DNA from: Dehalococcoidia bacterium
Lineage (GTDB): Bacteria; Chloroflexota; Dehalococcoidia; Lucifugimonadales; Australimonadaceae
DNA length: 64,000 nucleotides
Assembly (NCBI GenBank): GCA_965242755.1
Contig: OZ251500.1
Coordinates: 3,055,415 to 3,119,414, forward strand
Direction of reading: 5' to 3'
Of this stretch, positions 8,961-19,035 are shown piece after piece. The notes beneath the pieces are model-generated. The model worked only from the letters and a program-made list of their open reading frames with translations. It searched no databases and was not told where the DNA came from. Made by a program: the position numbers and the translations under genes. Within the stretch, counting starts at the first letter, position 1. Each line of letters starts with the position of its first letter.

Positions 8961-9830
8961 CTACGGGAAGATAGAGGTGACGATCTCCATCACGCTCGCT
9001 TGCGTCTCGTGGTCGTCGGTCAGGCCCCAGACTACGGCGACCTCGCAGGCGCGGCGCGCCGCGATGCCCTCGCGCATCAGTTTGCCCGCGTAGATCAGCA
9101 GGCGCGTGCTCACGCCCTCCTGCAGCCCCTGTCCGACGAGGTTCCGCACTTTTTCGCCGAGCAGCGCGAGTTGCTGCGCCGACGCGCGGTCAACGCCGCT
9201 CTCGTGCTCAATGATCGGTCCCTCCAAGTCGCGCGGGGGGAAGTCGAACTCGATGGCGACGAACCGCTGCCGCGTCGAGTGCTTCAGGTCTTTCAACGCG
9301 CTCTGGTAGCCGGGGTTGTAGGAGATGACGAGCAGGAAGTTGGGGTGCGACTCCAGCACTTCGCCGATCTTCTCGATGTGGAGCAGCCGGCGGTGGTCGG
9401 AGAGGGGGTGAATGAGGACGGTGGTGTCCTTGCGCGCCTCGACGACCTCGTCGAGGTAGCAGATGCCGCCGTGCTTCACCGCCCGCGTGAGGGGCCCGTC
9501 TATCCAGCGGGTGCCTTCCGGCTCGAGCAGGTAGCGCCCCACGAGGTCGCTGGCGGTCAGGTCTTCGTGGCAGGCGACGGTCACGAGGGGGGAGATCTGC
9601 TCGGCGCGGCCGTTCCGCTTGCGGGCGTCGTTGAGGCGCCACGACATGTACTCGACGAATCGCGTCTTGCCGGAGCCTGTCGGCCCCTTGAGGAGGATGG
9701 GCACGCGCTGCGCGTAGGCGGCCTCGAAGATGTCCACCTCGTCGGCGACGGACAAGTAGAAGGGCTCGTCGCTGACGAAGTACTCCTCGATGCTGTGCTG
9801 CTGGTAGAGTTGGCCGGTCTGGTTCGCCAT
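8961..9830 (-). CDS. CbbQ/NirQ/NorQ-family MoxR AAA+ ATPase
   Basis: [50 protein letters not shown] and STRLLIYA. Confidence 0.92.
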   Translation of the reverse strand: MANQTGQLYQQHSIEEYFVSDEPFYLSVADEVDIFEAAYAQRVPILLKGPTGSGKTRFVEYMSWRLNDARKRNGRAEQISPLVTVACHEDLTASDLVGRYLLEPEGTRWIDGPLTRAVKHGGICYLDEVVEARKDTTVLIHPLSDHRRLLHIEKIGEVLESHPNFLLVISYNPGYQSALKDLKHSTRQRFVAIEFDFPPRDLEGPIIEHESGVDRASAQQLALLGEKVRNLVGQGLQEGVSTRLLIYAGKLMREGIAARRACEVAVVWGLTDDHETQASVMEIVTSIFP

Positions 9831-9851
9831 TGATTGCGTTGTCCTCGCGTG

Positions 9852-10484
9852 TCAGGGTTTGGGGGACGGGGTCTCGGCGGGTCGGGTTTCGCGGGAGAGG
9901 ATTCGCTCTTCCCACGCTTGCCGGACGCTCCTCTCCAGGTCGTCCGGCGAGCCTGCGTTGTCGATGACGAGGTCGGCTCTGCGGAGCGCGTCGCCGGGGT
10001 CGCCTTGGGCGGCGGCGCGCTTGCGGGCGTCCTCTTCGCTTACGCCTCGCGCCTTCAGGCGCGCCGTCGCTAGGTCGGGCGGCGAGGAGACGACCCAGAC
10101 CTCGTCGGCGAGGTCGTCCCATTTCGCTTGGTAGAGCAGCGCGGCGTCTATGACCGCGACCGCCGTTCCCTGCGCCCGGCGCTCCGCGAGCGCCTGCGTC
10201 ACGCGGTCGCGGATGAGCGGATGGATGGCGGCGTTGAGCCATGCGAGCGCCAGCGGGTTGGCGAAAACGAGCGCGCCGAGCCGGGCTCTGTCTATCTCGT
10301 CCTCCTCGTTGAGTATGCGGCTGCTGAAGAGTTCGACGAGTCTTCTCCAGCCGATGGTTCCTTTCGCGTAGGAGCGTCGGCCTTCGGCGTCGGCGTCGAT
10401 GACGGCGGCGCCGAATCCGGCGAGGATGCGGGCGGCCTCGCTTTTGCCGGCGCCGATCGCCCCCGTCAGTCCGATGACCCGCAC
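9852..10484 (-). CDS. coaE: Dephospho-CoA kinase
   Basis: VIGLTGAIGAGKS, DAD, IDRARLGALVF and IHPLI. GTG start chosen at 10484. Confidence 0.92.
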   Translation of the reverse strand: MRVIGLTGAIGAGKSEAARILAGFGAAVIDADAEGRRSYAKGTIGWRRLVELFSSRILNEEDEIDRARLGALVFANPLALAWLNAAIHPLIRDRVTQALAERRAQGTAVAVIDAALLYQAKWDDLADEVWVVSSPPDLATARLKARGVSEEDARKRAAAQGDPGDALRRADLVIDNAGSPDDLERSVRQAWEERILSRETRPAETPSPKP

Positions 10485-10586
10485 GGCGCAGTTCGTCCTC
10501 CGTCTCCGCGAAACGCGCCGGCGGGAGCGCCCGCCGCGCGTTCGGGGTAGTATAGCGCTCATGCGCGGGGGGCGACCGCCCGCGCG

Positions 10587-10655
10587 CCATCCCTCTCCCG
10601 CTAGGCGGGAGAGGGGGCAGAACGCTGCCCGGCGGCGCTCACCAGGCTTGCTTGC
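10587..10655. repeat. Imperfect direct repeat of the menB 3' end plus hairpin (second copy 12039-12105)
   Basis: CCATCCCTCTCCCGCTA(G/A)GCGGGAGAGGGGGCA...CGCTCACCAG(G/C)CTTGCTTGC occurs on both sides of the Fic gene. Confidence 0.75.
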
Positions 10656-10694
10656 CGCCTGCCTTTTGGTCGTCGTTCCCGCGTAGGCGGGAAT

Positions 10695-11915
10695 CTACCG
10701 CCGCCGTCCCAGCAAGCGCGAGAGTTCCGCCATCGCCGGATGTTCGGCGGACGCCGCGGACGGCATACGCTCCCACCGCTCCAGCAGTTCCGCCTCCGAC
10801 TGCTGCGGCCAGTCCAAGTTGACGGCGATGCGCTCGTCGCTGAATACGATTGCGGACAGATCGAGCAACCCGACGAGGTCGCGGAGGAGCGCGCGCTCCG
10901 CGAATTTGAGATGCTTGTAGTGGACGGAAGCCTGTTCGGTTAGGGTCGGCAAGTCGAGCGGGCCGCCGTCCAGCAGCAGGTTGAGAATCCGCAGTTGCCT
11001 ATCCGCCAACAGTCTGCGGCGGGGGCTGCGGAGCCGTCCGAACAGCGACGTTGCGAATTCGCGGTAGAGAGTCCGCTTCGTGTTCGCGATGATCCGCTCG
11101 GCGAGCGCGTCGCACCGGTCGGCGACCGCCGGCAGCGCGAACGTTAGGAACGGCGTGAGGTCATGCCCGCTCCGACGGGATTCCCATAGCGCGGCGAGGT
11201 ACTCGTCCTTGCGCTCGTAGTAGTAGTTGGAGAGGCTGACCATCACCATATTGTTGACGCCGGCGGACCGCAGCATAAACGCCTCCAGCGCGCGGGCGGC
11301 GCGTCCGTTGCCGTCGTCGAAAGGATGCATCGCTCCGATGTGGTAGTGGGCGGCCATCGCCTGGACGATGCGGTCGTGCCGACGGAACTCCCCGTTGACC
11401 GCCTCGACGAGCGCGTTGAAAGCGGCGCGGCATTCGCCGCCTCCTTCGACGCCTCGGCAGCGCGGCGTTCCGAAGGTGACGTTGCCCAAGCGCGTCGCGC
11501 CCGGCTCGCAGTGGTCGTCGTCGCACCCGGTGACGATGCGCCGGTGAATGCCGAGAATCAGGTCGGACGTCACCGGCCGGCCCGCGGGGAGCGCGCCAAG
11601 CCAGCGGTAGGCGGCGTTGGCTGCCCGCAACTGCCGCTGCGAGCGCGTCAAGTCAACCCGGAATTCGGCTCCGGGGGCGAGCGCCTCTTCCTGCTCGCGC
11701 TCGGTGAACTCGGCGCCTTCGATGCGGGACGTGCCGACGGCCTCCAGGCGGAGTTGCTCCTCGTGGGCTTGCTCGATCCACTGCGGGAGGCGCGGCATCC
11801 GGTTGAGAACGCCCGCGGCGGTCTTGGCCTCAATCAGAGGTCCGGAGACGGCGGCGAGGTCATATCTCGCCCACTGCTCAGGGGGAGCGTAATGGCTTAT
11901 GCGCGGGGATGTCAT
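10695..11915 (-). CDS. Fic-family protein
   Basis: Canonical HPFDDGNGRAAR motif and N-terminal TSRIEG inhibitory-helix-like motif. Start is uncertain; the ORF extends to 12035. Confidence 0.9.
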   Translation of the reverse strand: MTSPRISHYAPPEQWARYDLAAVSGPLIEAKTAAGVLNRMPRLPQWIEQAHEEQLRLEAVGTSRIEGAEFTEREQEEALAPGAEFRVDLTRSQRQLRAANAAYRWLGALPAGRPVTSDLILGIHRRIVTGCDDDHCEPGATRLGNVTFGTPRCRGVEGGGECRAAFNALVEAVNGEFRRHDRIVQAMAAHYHIGAMHPFDDGNGRAARALEAFMLRSAGVNNMVMVSLSNYYYERKDEYLAALWESRRSGHDLTPFLTFALPAVADRCDALAERIIANTKRTLYREFATSLFGRLRSPRRRLLADRQLRILNLLLDGGPLDLPTLTEQASVHYKHLKFAERALLRDLVGLLDLSAIVFSDERIAVNLDWPQQSEAELLERWERMPSAASAEHPAMAELSRLLGRRR

Positions 11916-12089
11916 ATCCGGCTCGTTTCCGGTTTCATTTCGCAATTTCACTCCTAAATTTACCAGGATTGGCCGTTTCATTTCAAGTTCATTTCCGCGC
12001 CGTTTCGCGTTTCGCTTGCGCCCCGCCGCCGCCATCGCCCCATCCCTCTCCCGCTAAGCGGGAGAGGGGGCATGCGCCATCAGCACCGC

Positions 12090-12896
12090 TCACCAGCCTT
12101 GCTTGCGGTAGGCGGAGAAGTCCGGGGGGCGCTTCTCGTTGAAGGCGCGGGCGCCCTCCTCCGCCTCGTCCGTGTTGTAGAAGAGGTGCACCGCGCCGTG
12201 CGCCATCTGCTGCAAGCCGTAGGCGTAGTCGGTGTCCTGATTGAACGCCGCCTTGAGGAAGCGGATCGCGGTGGGGCTCATCTCCAGAATGCGCTCCGCC
12301 CACCCCCGCGCCTCGTCCATCAGCCGCTCCTGCGGAACGACTTTGTTGACGAGCCCCATCTCCAGCGCCTCTTGCGCGGAGTACTGCCGGCAGAGGTACC
12401 AGATCTCGCGCGCCTTCTTCTCGCCGACGGCGCGGGCGAGGAACACCGCGCCGAATCCGGCGTCGAAACTGCCGACGCGCGGGCCGGTCTGCCCGAACAC
12501 GGCGTTTTCCGACGCGATGGAGAGGTCGCAGATTACGTGGAGGACGTGGCCGCCGCCGATGGCGTAGCCGTTGACGGCGGCGATGACCGGCTTGGGAATC
12601 ATACGGATGGCGGCGTGGAGTTCCGTGATGCGGAGTTTGGCGCCGCCTGGGCCGTCCGGGTCGTCGCGGTAGCCGTCCTTCCCGCGCGCCTTCTGATCGC
12701 CGCCGGACGAGAACGCCTTGTCGCCCGCGCCCGTGAGGATGACGGCGCCGACCTCGTCGTCGTCCCAAGCGTCGCGGAACGCGGCGATCATCTCGTCCAC
12801 CGTGCGCGGCCTGAAGGCGTTGCGGACTTGCGGGCGGTTGATCGTAACGACGGCGATGCCGCCGCTCTTCTCGTAGAGGACGTCGGTGTAGGCCAT
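12090..12896 (-). CDS. menB: 1,4-dihydroxy-2-naphthoyl-CoA synthase (MenB/BadI crotonase subgroup)
   Basis: [34 protein letters not shown] and [14 protein letters not shown] BadI-like ring hydrolase cannot be excluded. Confidence 0.78.
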   Translation of the reverse strand: MAYTDVLYEKSGGIAVVTINRPQVRNAFRPRTVDEMIAAFRDAWDDDEVGAVILTGAGDKAFSSGGDQKARGKDGYRDDPDGPGGAKLRITELHAAIRMIPKPVIAAVNGYAIGGGHVLHVICDLSIASENAVFGQTGPRVGSFDAGFGAVFLARAVGEKKAREIWYLCRQYSAQEALEMGLVNKVVPQERLMDEARGWAERILEMSPTAIRFLKAAFNQDTDYAYGLQQMAHGAVHLFYNTDEAEEGARAFNEKRPPDFSAYRKQGW

Positions 12897-12996
12897 AGGC
12901 GATAGTCTACGCGACGGTGGCGCGCTCCGCGAAGCGGCGGCTTGATTCCCGCTTGCGCGGGAACGATGTCCGGTAGGCCGCTCTCCCGACTCCGCG

Positions 12997-14064
<1,068 letters not shown>

Positions 14065-14187
14065 AACGGGGTTCGCAACGCCCGGCGCGCGCCGGGGGCT
14101 TCGTCACAGGGTAGCACATGGGAGGGCGCGTCGCCGCGCCGACCCATCGGCGGCGAGTAGTCGGCGCCGCCCGCCCTGACGCTCCCC

Positions 14188-15519
14188 CTATCCCCGCGCG
14201 TCCTCCAGCATCATCGCGGCGACGCGCCGGCCCATTCGGACCGAGTAGTTCGTGCCGCGGTCTTCCGGGTAGATCTGCGTCGTGTTGGCGAGGTAGAGGC
14301 CGGGGACGGGCGTGCGGTGGTCGGGAATGCTCGCGGAGTAGCCGCGCGTGACGATGGGTTGGGCGGCGTCCACTTTGTGATGGTGGTAGTTCTCGACCCA
14401 CGACTCGTCGAACGCCGGGTTGATCTTCCGCAAGTGCGGCAGGTACTCGCGGTAGAGTTCCTCGCCCGACATTTCGTAGAAGCGGTCGCCGCGCTCCAGG
14501 TAGTTCGTGAGGTAGACAAGATGCGCGCCGCCGTAATGCTCGGCGGGGATGAAGTTCGTGTGCTCGATGATGCCGAGGAACGGCAGCGAGCGGTCGCCGA
14601 CGTACGTCCAGTAGTGGGGGCTGAGTTGGCGCGTGAGTTGCAGGATGACGAGCACGGCGGAGAGGTAGACCTTGTCGGTCAGTTTCGCCAGGTAGGAGTC
14701 GGGGAGATGGGAGACGAGGCGCGGCAGGACGAAGGACGGCGTGGTGGCGAGAACCTGATCGTAGTCGCGGCGCTCCGGCTCTCCGCCGTCCACCGCGACC
14801 TCCAGTCCGCGGACGCGCCCGTCCTCCACGACGATTTGGCGGACGGGTGAGGAGATGCGGACGTCGCTCCCGAGGGAGCGGACTCTGTCGGCGAGGACGT
14901 CGAAGATTTCGCCGAAGGAGCCCATGGGGTAGGCGAGGCGCTCGCGGAACTGGCCGATGATGCCGTCTCCGCGCGACGCGGTTCGCAGGGCGAACTTGTT
15001 CCATATCCAGGCCATCGTGATCTGGTCGTGGTGGCGCCCGAACTTGCCGCGGAGCATCGGCTCGAAGATCGTTTCGCAGGCGTTGCGTCCGGCGTGCTCG
15101 CGCAGCCACTCGACGGCGGTCGAGTCTTCGAGGGACAGCCACTCCTTGCGGCGCTGCAGGCGCAGCGTGAAGAGCCCGATCCGGATGCGGTCGGCGAACG
15201 GCAGCGGGCGGAAGCGCAGGAGGTCGGCGGGGGAGGTGAACGGCCAAAGGCGCCCGTTCGCGTAGTAGCCGACGTTGGAGTTGAGCCACTTGAGGCGGTG
15301 GCCGAGCCCGAGTTCCCCGATGAGGTCGATCATCGCGTAGTCGCTGCGGAAGAGGTGGTGGTAGCCGCGTTCGAGGGGGACGCCGTTGACGGGGAAGGTG
15401 GAGGCTTGGCCTCCGAGGAAGGGGGCGCTTTCGAAGACGTCGACCTTGTGGCCTTGCCCCGCGAGGTCGAGGGCGGCGGGGAGCCCTGCGGCGCCCGCCC
15501 CGATGATGCCGATGTTCAC
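14188..15519 (-). CDS. NAD(P)/FAD-dependent oxidoreductase (amine oxidase/HemY-like fold)
   Basis: GTG start, IGIIGAGAAG dinucleotide motif, YHHLF and C-terminal QIYPEDRGTNYSV. GTGA overlap with the upstream gene. Confidence 0.85.
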   Translation of the reverse strand: MNIGIIGAGAAGLPAALDLAGQGHKVDVFESAPFLGGQASTFPVNGVPLERGYHHLFRSDYAMIDLIGELGLGHRLKWLNSNVGYYANGRLWPFTSPADLLRFRPLPFADRIRIGLFTLRLQRRKEWLSLEDSTAVEWLREHAGRNACETIFEPMLRGKFGRHHDQITMAWIWNKFALRTASRGDGIIGQFRERLAYPMGSFGEIFDVLADRVRSLGSDVRISSPVRQIVVEDGRVRGLEVAVDGGEPERRDYDQVLATTPSFVLPRLVSHLPDSYLAKLTDKVYLSAVLVILQLTRQLSPHYWTYVGDRSLPFLGIIEHTNFIPAEHYGGAHLVYLTNYLERGDRFYEMSGEELYREYLPHLRKINPAFDESWVENYHHHKVDAAQPIVTRGYSASIPDHRTPVPGLYLANTTQIYPEDRGTNYSVRMGRRVAAMMLEDARG

Positions 15520-16580
15520 GATGTTTCCTCCTCTGTCGTTTGCGCGCGCCCGCGCAGCAGTTCGCCGAACGGGATGCCCCGAAGGGCGAGGTAGGCCAGC
15601 CCGACGACAATGACGGGCAGGATCTGCACGGCGTGCAGCACCACCGCGTAGGCGGACGCCGAGCCGTTGTCCACGCCGACGAGCGCGAGCGTGAGCGCGG
15701 TGAAGAGTTCGAAGGGGCCGACGCCGCCCTGCGACGTTGGGATGGAGAGCGCGAGGTTGGAGAGGGCGACGACGAGGATTATAGCGCCCGCGAGCAGCCA
15801 CAGGCTGCCGAGTTGCGCGTGCAGATCGAAGGCGGCGGCGATGATGAAGTAGACGATGCCCTCGGCGATCCACACGGGGAAGGAGAGCGCGAAGAGCGCC
15901 GCGAGGCGTCCGGGGCGGTGCAGCCCCTCGAAGCCTCTGATGAATCGGGCGGCGAACACGCGGACGAAGGCGCGGTAGCGGCCGGGGAGCGGGCGAGCCG
16001 CGAACGCGGCGAGCCGGAGAAACGGGCGCGGCCGGAGCGCCGCCATGACGATGAGGCCGAACACGATGACGAACGGCGTGACGACGATGGGCGCGACGGC
16101 CCAAACCGGGATGTTCACGGCGTCGCTCACCCGGTCGGGGAGGCCGGAGAGCGGAATGAAAAGCGCGCCCAAGAGAAGCAGGAAGAGCATCACCAAGCCG
16201 TCCGTGACGCGCTCGACGACGATTGTGGCGAGCCCGGTCGCGCTTCGCACGGGCTCGCGCGTCGAGAGGTAGTAACTGCGGACGAGTTCCCCGGCGCGGA
16301 GCGGCAGCAGGTTGTTGGCCGTGTAGCCCAACAGCACCACCGGATAGAGGCGGACGGCGCGCGTCGCCGCGAACGGGCGCAGCAGGAATCGCCAGCGGAC
16401 GGCGCGGACGTAGAGGGAGAAGAAGTAGACGGCGGCGGCGGGCGCGGCCCAGAGGTAGTTGGCCCCGGCGAGCGCGTCCACCCACGCGGCGAAGTCCGAT
16501 CTGACGAAGAGGAGCGCGAGAAGCGCGAGGAAGCCGGCGGTCGTCGCCAGGCCGAACCAGAATCGGGGGTTCCGCGTCAT
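15516..16580 (-). CDS. Lysylphosphatidylglycerol-synthase TM / AglD2-like flippase (UPF0104)
   Basis: RAVRWRFLL, NNLLPLRAGELVR, ERVTD and GGVGPFE motifs; multi-pass membrane protein. Confidence 0.88.
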   Translation of the reverse strand: MTRNPRFWFGLATTAGFLALLALLFVRSDFAAWVDALAGANYLWAAPAAAVYFFSLYVRAVRWRFLLRPFAATRAVRLYPVVLLGYTANNLLPLRAGELVRSYYLSTREPVRSATGLATIVVERVTDGLVMLFLLLLGALFIPLSGLPDRVSDAVNIPVWAVAPIVVTPFVIVFGLIVMAALRPRPFLRLAAFAARPLPGRYRAFVRVFAARFIRGFEGLHRPGRLAALFALSFPVWIAEGIVYFIIAAAFDLHAQLGSLWLLAGAIILVVALSNLALSIPTSQGGVGPFELFTALTLALVGVDNGSASAYAVVLHAVQILPVIVVGLAYLALRGIPFGELLRGRAQTTEEETS

Positions 16581-16625
16581 CGCGCGCCTGCGCCGGACGG
16601 ACGGACGAGGGCGGAGCGCGGCGGC

Positions 16626-19034
16626 CTACGCATCGCTCTCCTGCGCGTAGCGAAGCGCCGTGCAGCCTTCCGCGTGGGGCGCGAGGTCGCTCCGAACGTA
16701 AATCGCGCTGCGGGCGTACTGCATATCCGTTCCGACGCGCCGGCTCAGCAGATAGTCCATCGCCGTCCGCCAGCCCTCGCGGGAGGCCGCGCCGGAGAGC
16801 ATTTTGCCCGGAGTGAGGCCGGCGTAGGTCGCGTTGTTGAACCACCACAGCGTATGCAACTCGCCCGCCCGAACGTAGTTCTCCATCTGCGGGGCGTTGG
16901 CCTCTTCCGACCACTGGCTCATCAGGACGAATTCGGCGGCGACCGGCGACTCCAACGGCGAGCCGTTGAGGTTGCGCGTCGAGAAGCCCCCGGGGCGGCC
17001 CCGCAGATACCAGCGCCACTGCCACTGCAGGTTGTCGTGCTCGTCAACGAGGACGTGCGCGCCTCCGCGCCCGATTCCGGCGGCCTCGCCGGCGCGCTCG
17101 ATGCATTGCAGCGCGTACCGCGCCTCCTGCCCGCTCTGCGAATAGACGAGCAGTTCCCGCGGGCGCTCGTAGGATGCGTGCGAATACGATGCGCGGATGG
17201 AGAAATAGACGGTCATGCCCGCCGCCGCCGTGAGGACGCCGAGCGCGAGGAGCGCGGCGGCGGGCGATGCGCGCGGAACGCGCCGAGCGGCGGCGCGGAA
17301 CGGCGACGCCGCGAGCGCGAGCCCTCGCCCGGCGCGGCGGAGCGGCGCGCCGGAGCGGAGCGAGCGATTCGACGCCGGCTGCCGCTCTCCCGTCGCGGGG
17401 CGGGAGCGGCGCCCCGCCCTTCCCCCAACCGTCGCGGCGGATGCGGCGGGCTGGAGCGCGGCCTCTCGACTCGCTCTCCGTCGGGCGCGGAAGGCGCGCA
17501 CCCGCATCTCCGCGAACGCGGCCAACACGACGGCGATTAGGGCGCACGCGCCCCAAAAGCCCGGCTCGCCCGCAGGGTCGTCGGCGATCATCCAGCGAAT
17601 CGCGGCGTAGGGAACGAGCGCGCCGAGCGTGATCCCGGCGGCGTAGGCGAGGACGGGGCGCGCCGACTCCGCCGCGCGCTCGGCCATTAGCCCCGCGGCG
17701 CGTCCGGCGACGAACGCGATGGGAAGCGCGACGCCCGTCAGCAGCCACGGCATCCGCTCCCCGGCCAGGGAGTAGATGGCGAACGACAAGACCGCCCACG
17801 CGACGATGACGACGTCGAAGAGGCTGCGCCCGCGCCTCGCCAGCAGGCAAACGCCTCCGACGACGGCGGGCGCGGCGATGAGGAATTCGTAGACGGAGAG
17901 GCCGACGACGTAGTAGTACCACGGCTGGTTGGCGCGCTCCACGCCCTGCTGCGCGATCCAGTAGCCGAGCGATCCCCACATTCCCGTCAGGAAGCCCTGC
18001 CAGTTGGTGAAGACGCTGGTGAAGAGGAAAAGCCATATCGCGGCGAACGTCGCGAAGAGGAGAGGCCACCGACGTCGGTCCCACGCCATGCCGATCAGGA
18101 CGGAGACGGCCAGCAGGAAGATGACGAGGAAGCCCGCGATGTAGATGGCGCCGCCGATGGGCTGCCCGGTCACGCCGTCGGCGCGGAAGAGTTCGCCGCT
18201 TTGCACCCGTGGGTCGTTCAGATCGGGGTTGACGAGGATCATTCCCGTGAACCGCTGAAAGAGCCCGGCGGCGGGCGCCCACATCGGCAGGATGAGCGTC
18301 CCCATAACGATGAGGAGGTCGCTCGCGGGGCCCGTCCGCGAGAGCGGGCGGCGGTTCCGAACCCATTCCCAGATCGCGGGCGCGGCGAGCAGGAACAGCA
18401 GCAGGCCGAACATGCCTGCGAGGAAGAACGCGCTCTCTTTCGTTGCGAACGCAAGCGCCCAAATCGCCGCCCAAGCGAACAGCATCCAGCCGCGGGGCCG
18501 CTCAATATAGCGGAGCGCAAGCGCGAGGAGGAGGACGGCCCAAACCGCCATATAGACGTCGTTTCGCATAAATCGAGAGAAGTAGAGGATGGTGGGGGAG
18601 ATGAGCAGGAAGACGGAGACGGCGAGCGCGCCGAAGCGCCCCAGTTCGCGCCGGAAGATCCACGGCGTCGCGACGAGCGCTGCGCCGAACAGGGCGGGAA
18701 GCAGCCTCGCGGCGAAATCGCTCGCCCCGATGATCTTGTAGGTGGCCGCGCCCGCGTGAAACAGGAACGGCCCGTGCGTCAGCGGGTTGTGCTGATAGCC
18801 CCCGCCCGTCGAGAACGTCCACGAGTAGAGGGCGTGCAAGACCTCGTCGTAGTGCAGAACGCGCCCGCCGAGGTCCCAAAGGCGCGAGCCCAGAGCCAGC
18901 GCGACCAGGACGATCACAGCCCAGCCTTCCCACGTCCGCGGCGGGCGGACGGCGGCTATGCGGGCGGGCGCGAGCCGGAGGGTCGAAGCCGCGCTCCGCC
19001 AAGCCCCGGCGAGGGCAGTCCGCAGCGCCCCCAC
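16626..19034 (-). CDS. TIGR03663/Agl23-like GT-C (PMT-like) membrane glycosyltransferase
   Basis: RLWDLGGRVLHYDEVLHA, HGPFLF, YFSRFMRND, TKE and QPWYYY. GTG start follows the upstream stop. Confidence 0.82.
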   Translation of the reverse strand: MGALRTALAGAWRSAASTLRLAPARIAAVRPPRTWEGWAVIVLVALALGSRLWDLGGRVLHYDEVLHALYSWTFSTGGGYQHNPLTHGPFLFHAGAATYKIIGASDFAARLLPALFGAALVATPWIFRRELGRFGALAVSVFLLISPTILYFSRFMRNDVYMAVWAVLLLALALRYIERPRGWMLFAWAAIWALAFATKESAFFLAGMFGLLLFLLAAPAIWEWVRNRRPLSRTGPASDLLIVMGTLILPMWAPAAGLFQRFTGMILVNPDLNDPRVQSGELFRADGVTGQPIGGAIYIAGFLVIFLLAVSVLIGMAWDRRRWPLLFATFAAIWLFLFTSVFTNWQGFLTGMWGSLGYWIAQQGVERANQPWYYYVVGLSVYEFLIAAPAVVGGVCLLARRGRSLFDVVIVAWAVLSFAIYSLAGERMPWLLTGVALPIAFVAGRAAGLMAERAAESARPVLAYAAGITLGALVPYAAIRWMIADDPAGEPGFWGACALIAVVLAAFAEMRVRAFRARRRASREAALQPAASAATVGGRAGRRSRPATGERQPASNRSLRSGAPLRRAGRGLALAASPFRAAARRVPRASPAAALLALGVLTAAAGMTVYFSIRASYSHASYERPRELLVYSQSGQEARYALQCIERAGEAAGIGRGGAHVLVDEHDNLQWQWRWYLRGRPGGFSTRNLNGSPLESPVAAEFVLMSQWSEEANAPQMENYVRAGELHTLWWFNNATYAGLTPGKMLSGAASREGWRTAMDYLLSRRVGTDMQYARSAIYVRSDLAPHAEGCTALRYAQESDA

Positions 19035-19035
19035 G

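Noticed and set aside
14188-17025. 945-aa fusion ORF ending in the FAD oxidoreductase
   Set aside because: The upstream part overlaps two real genes in another frame. The real start is GTG at 15519, with an RBS and the GxGxxG motif right after.
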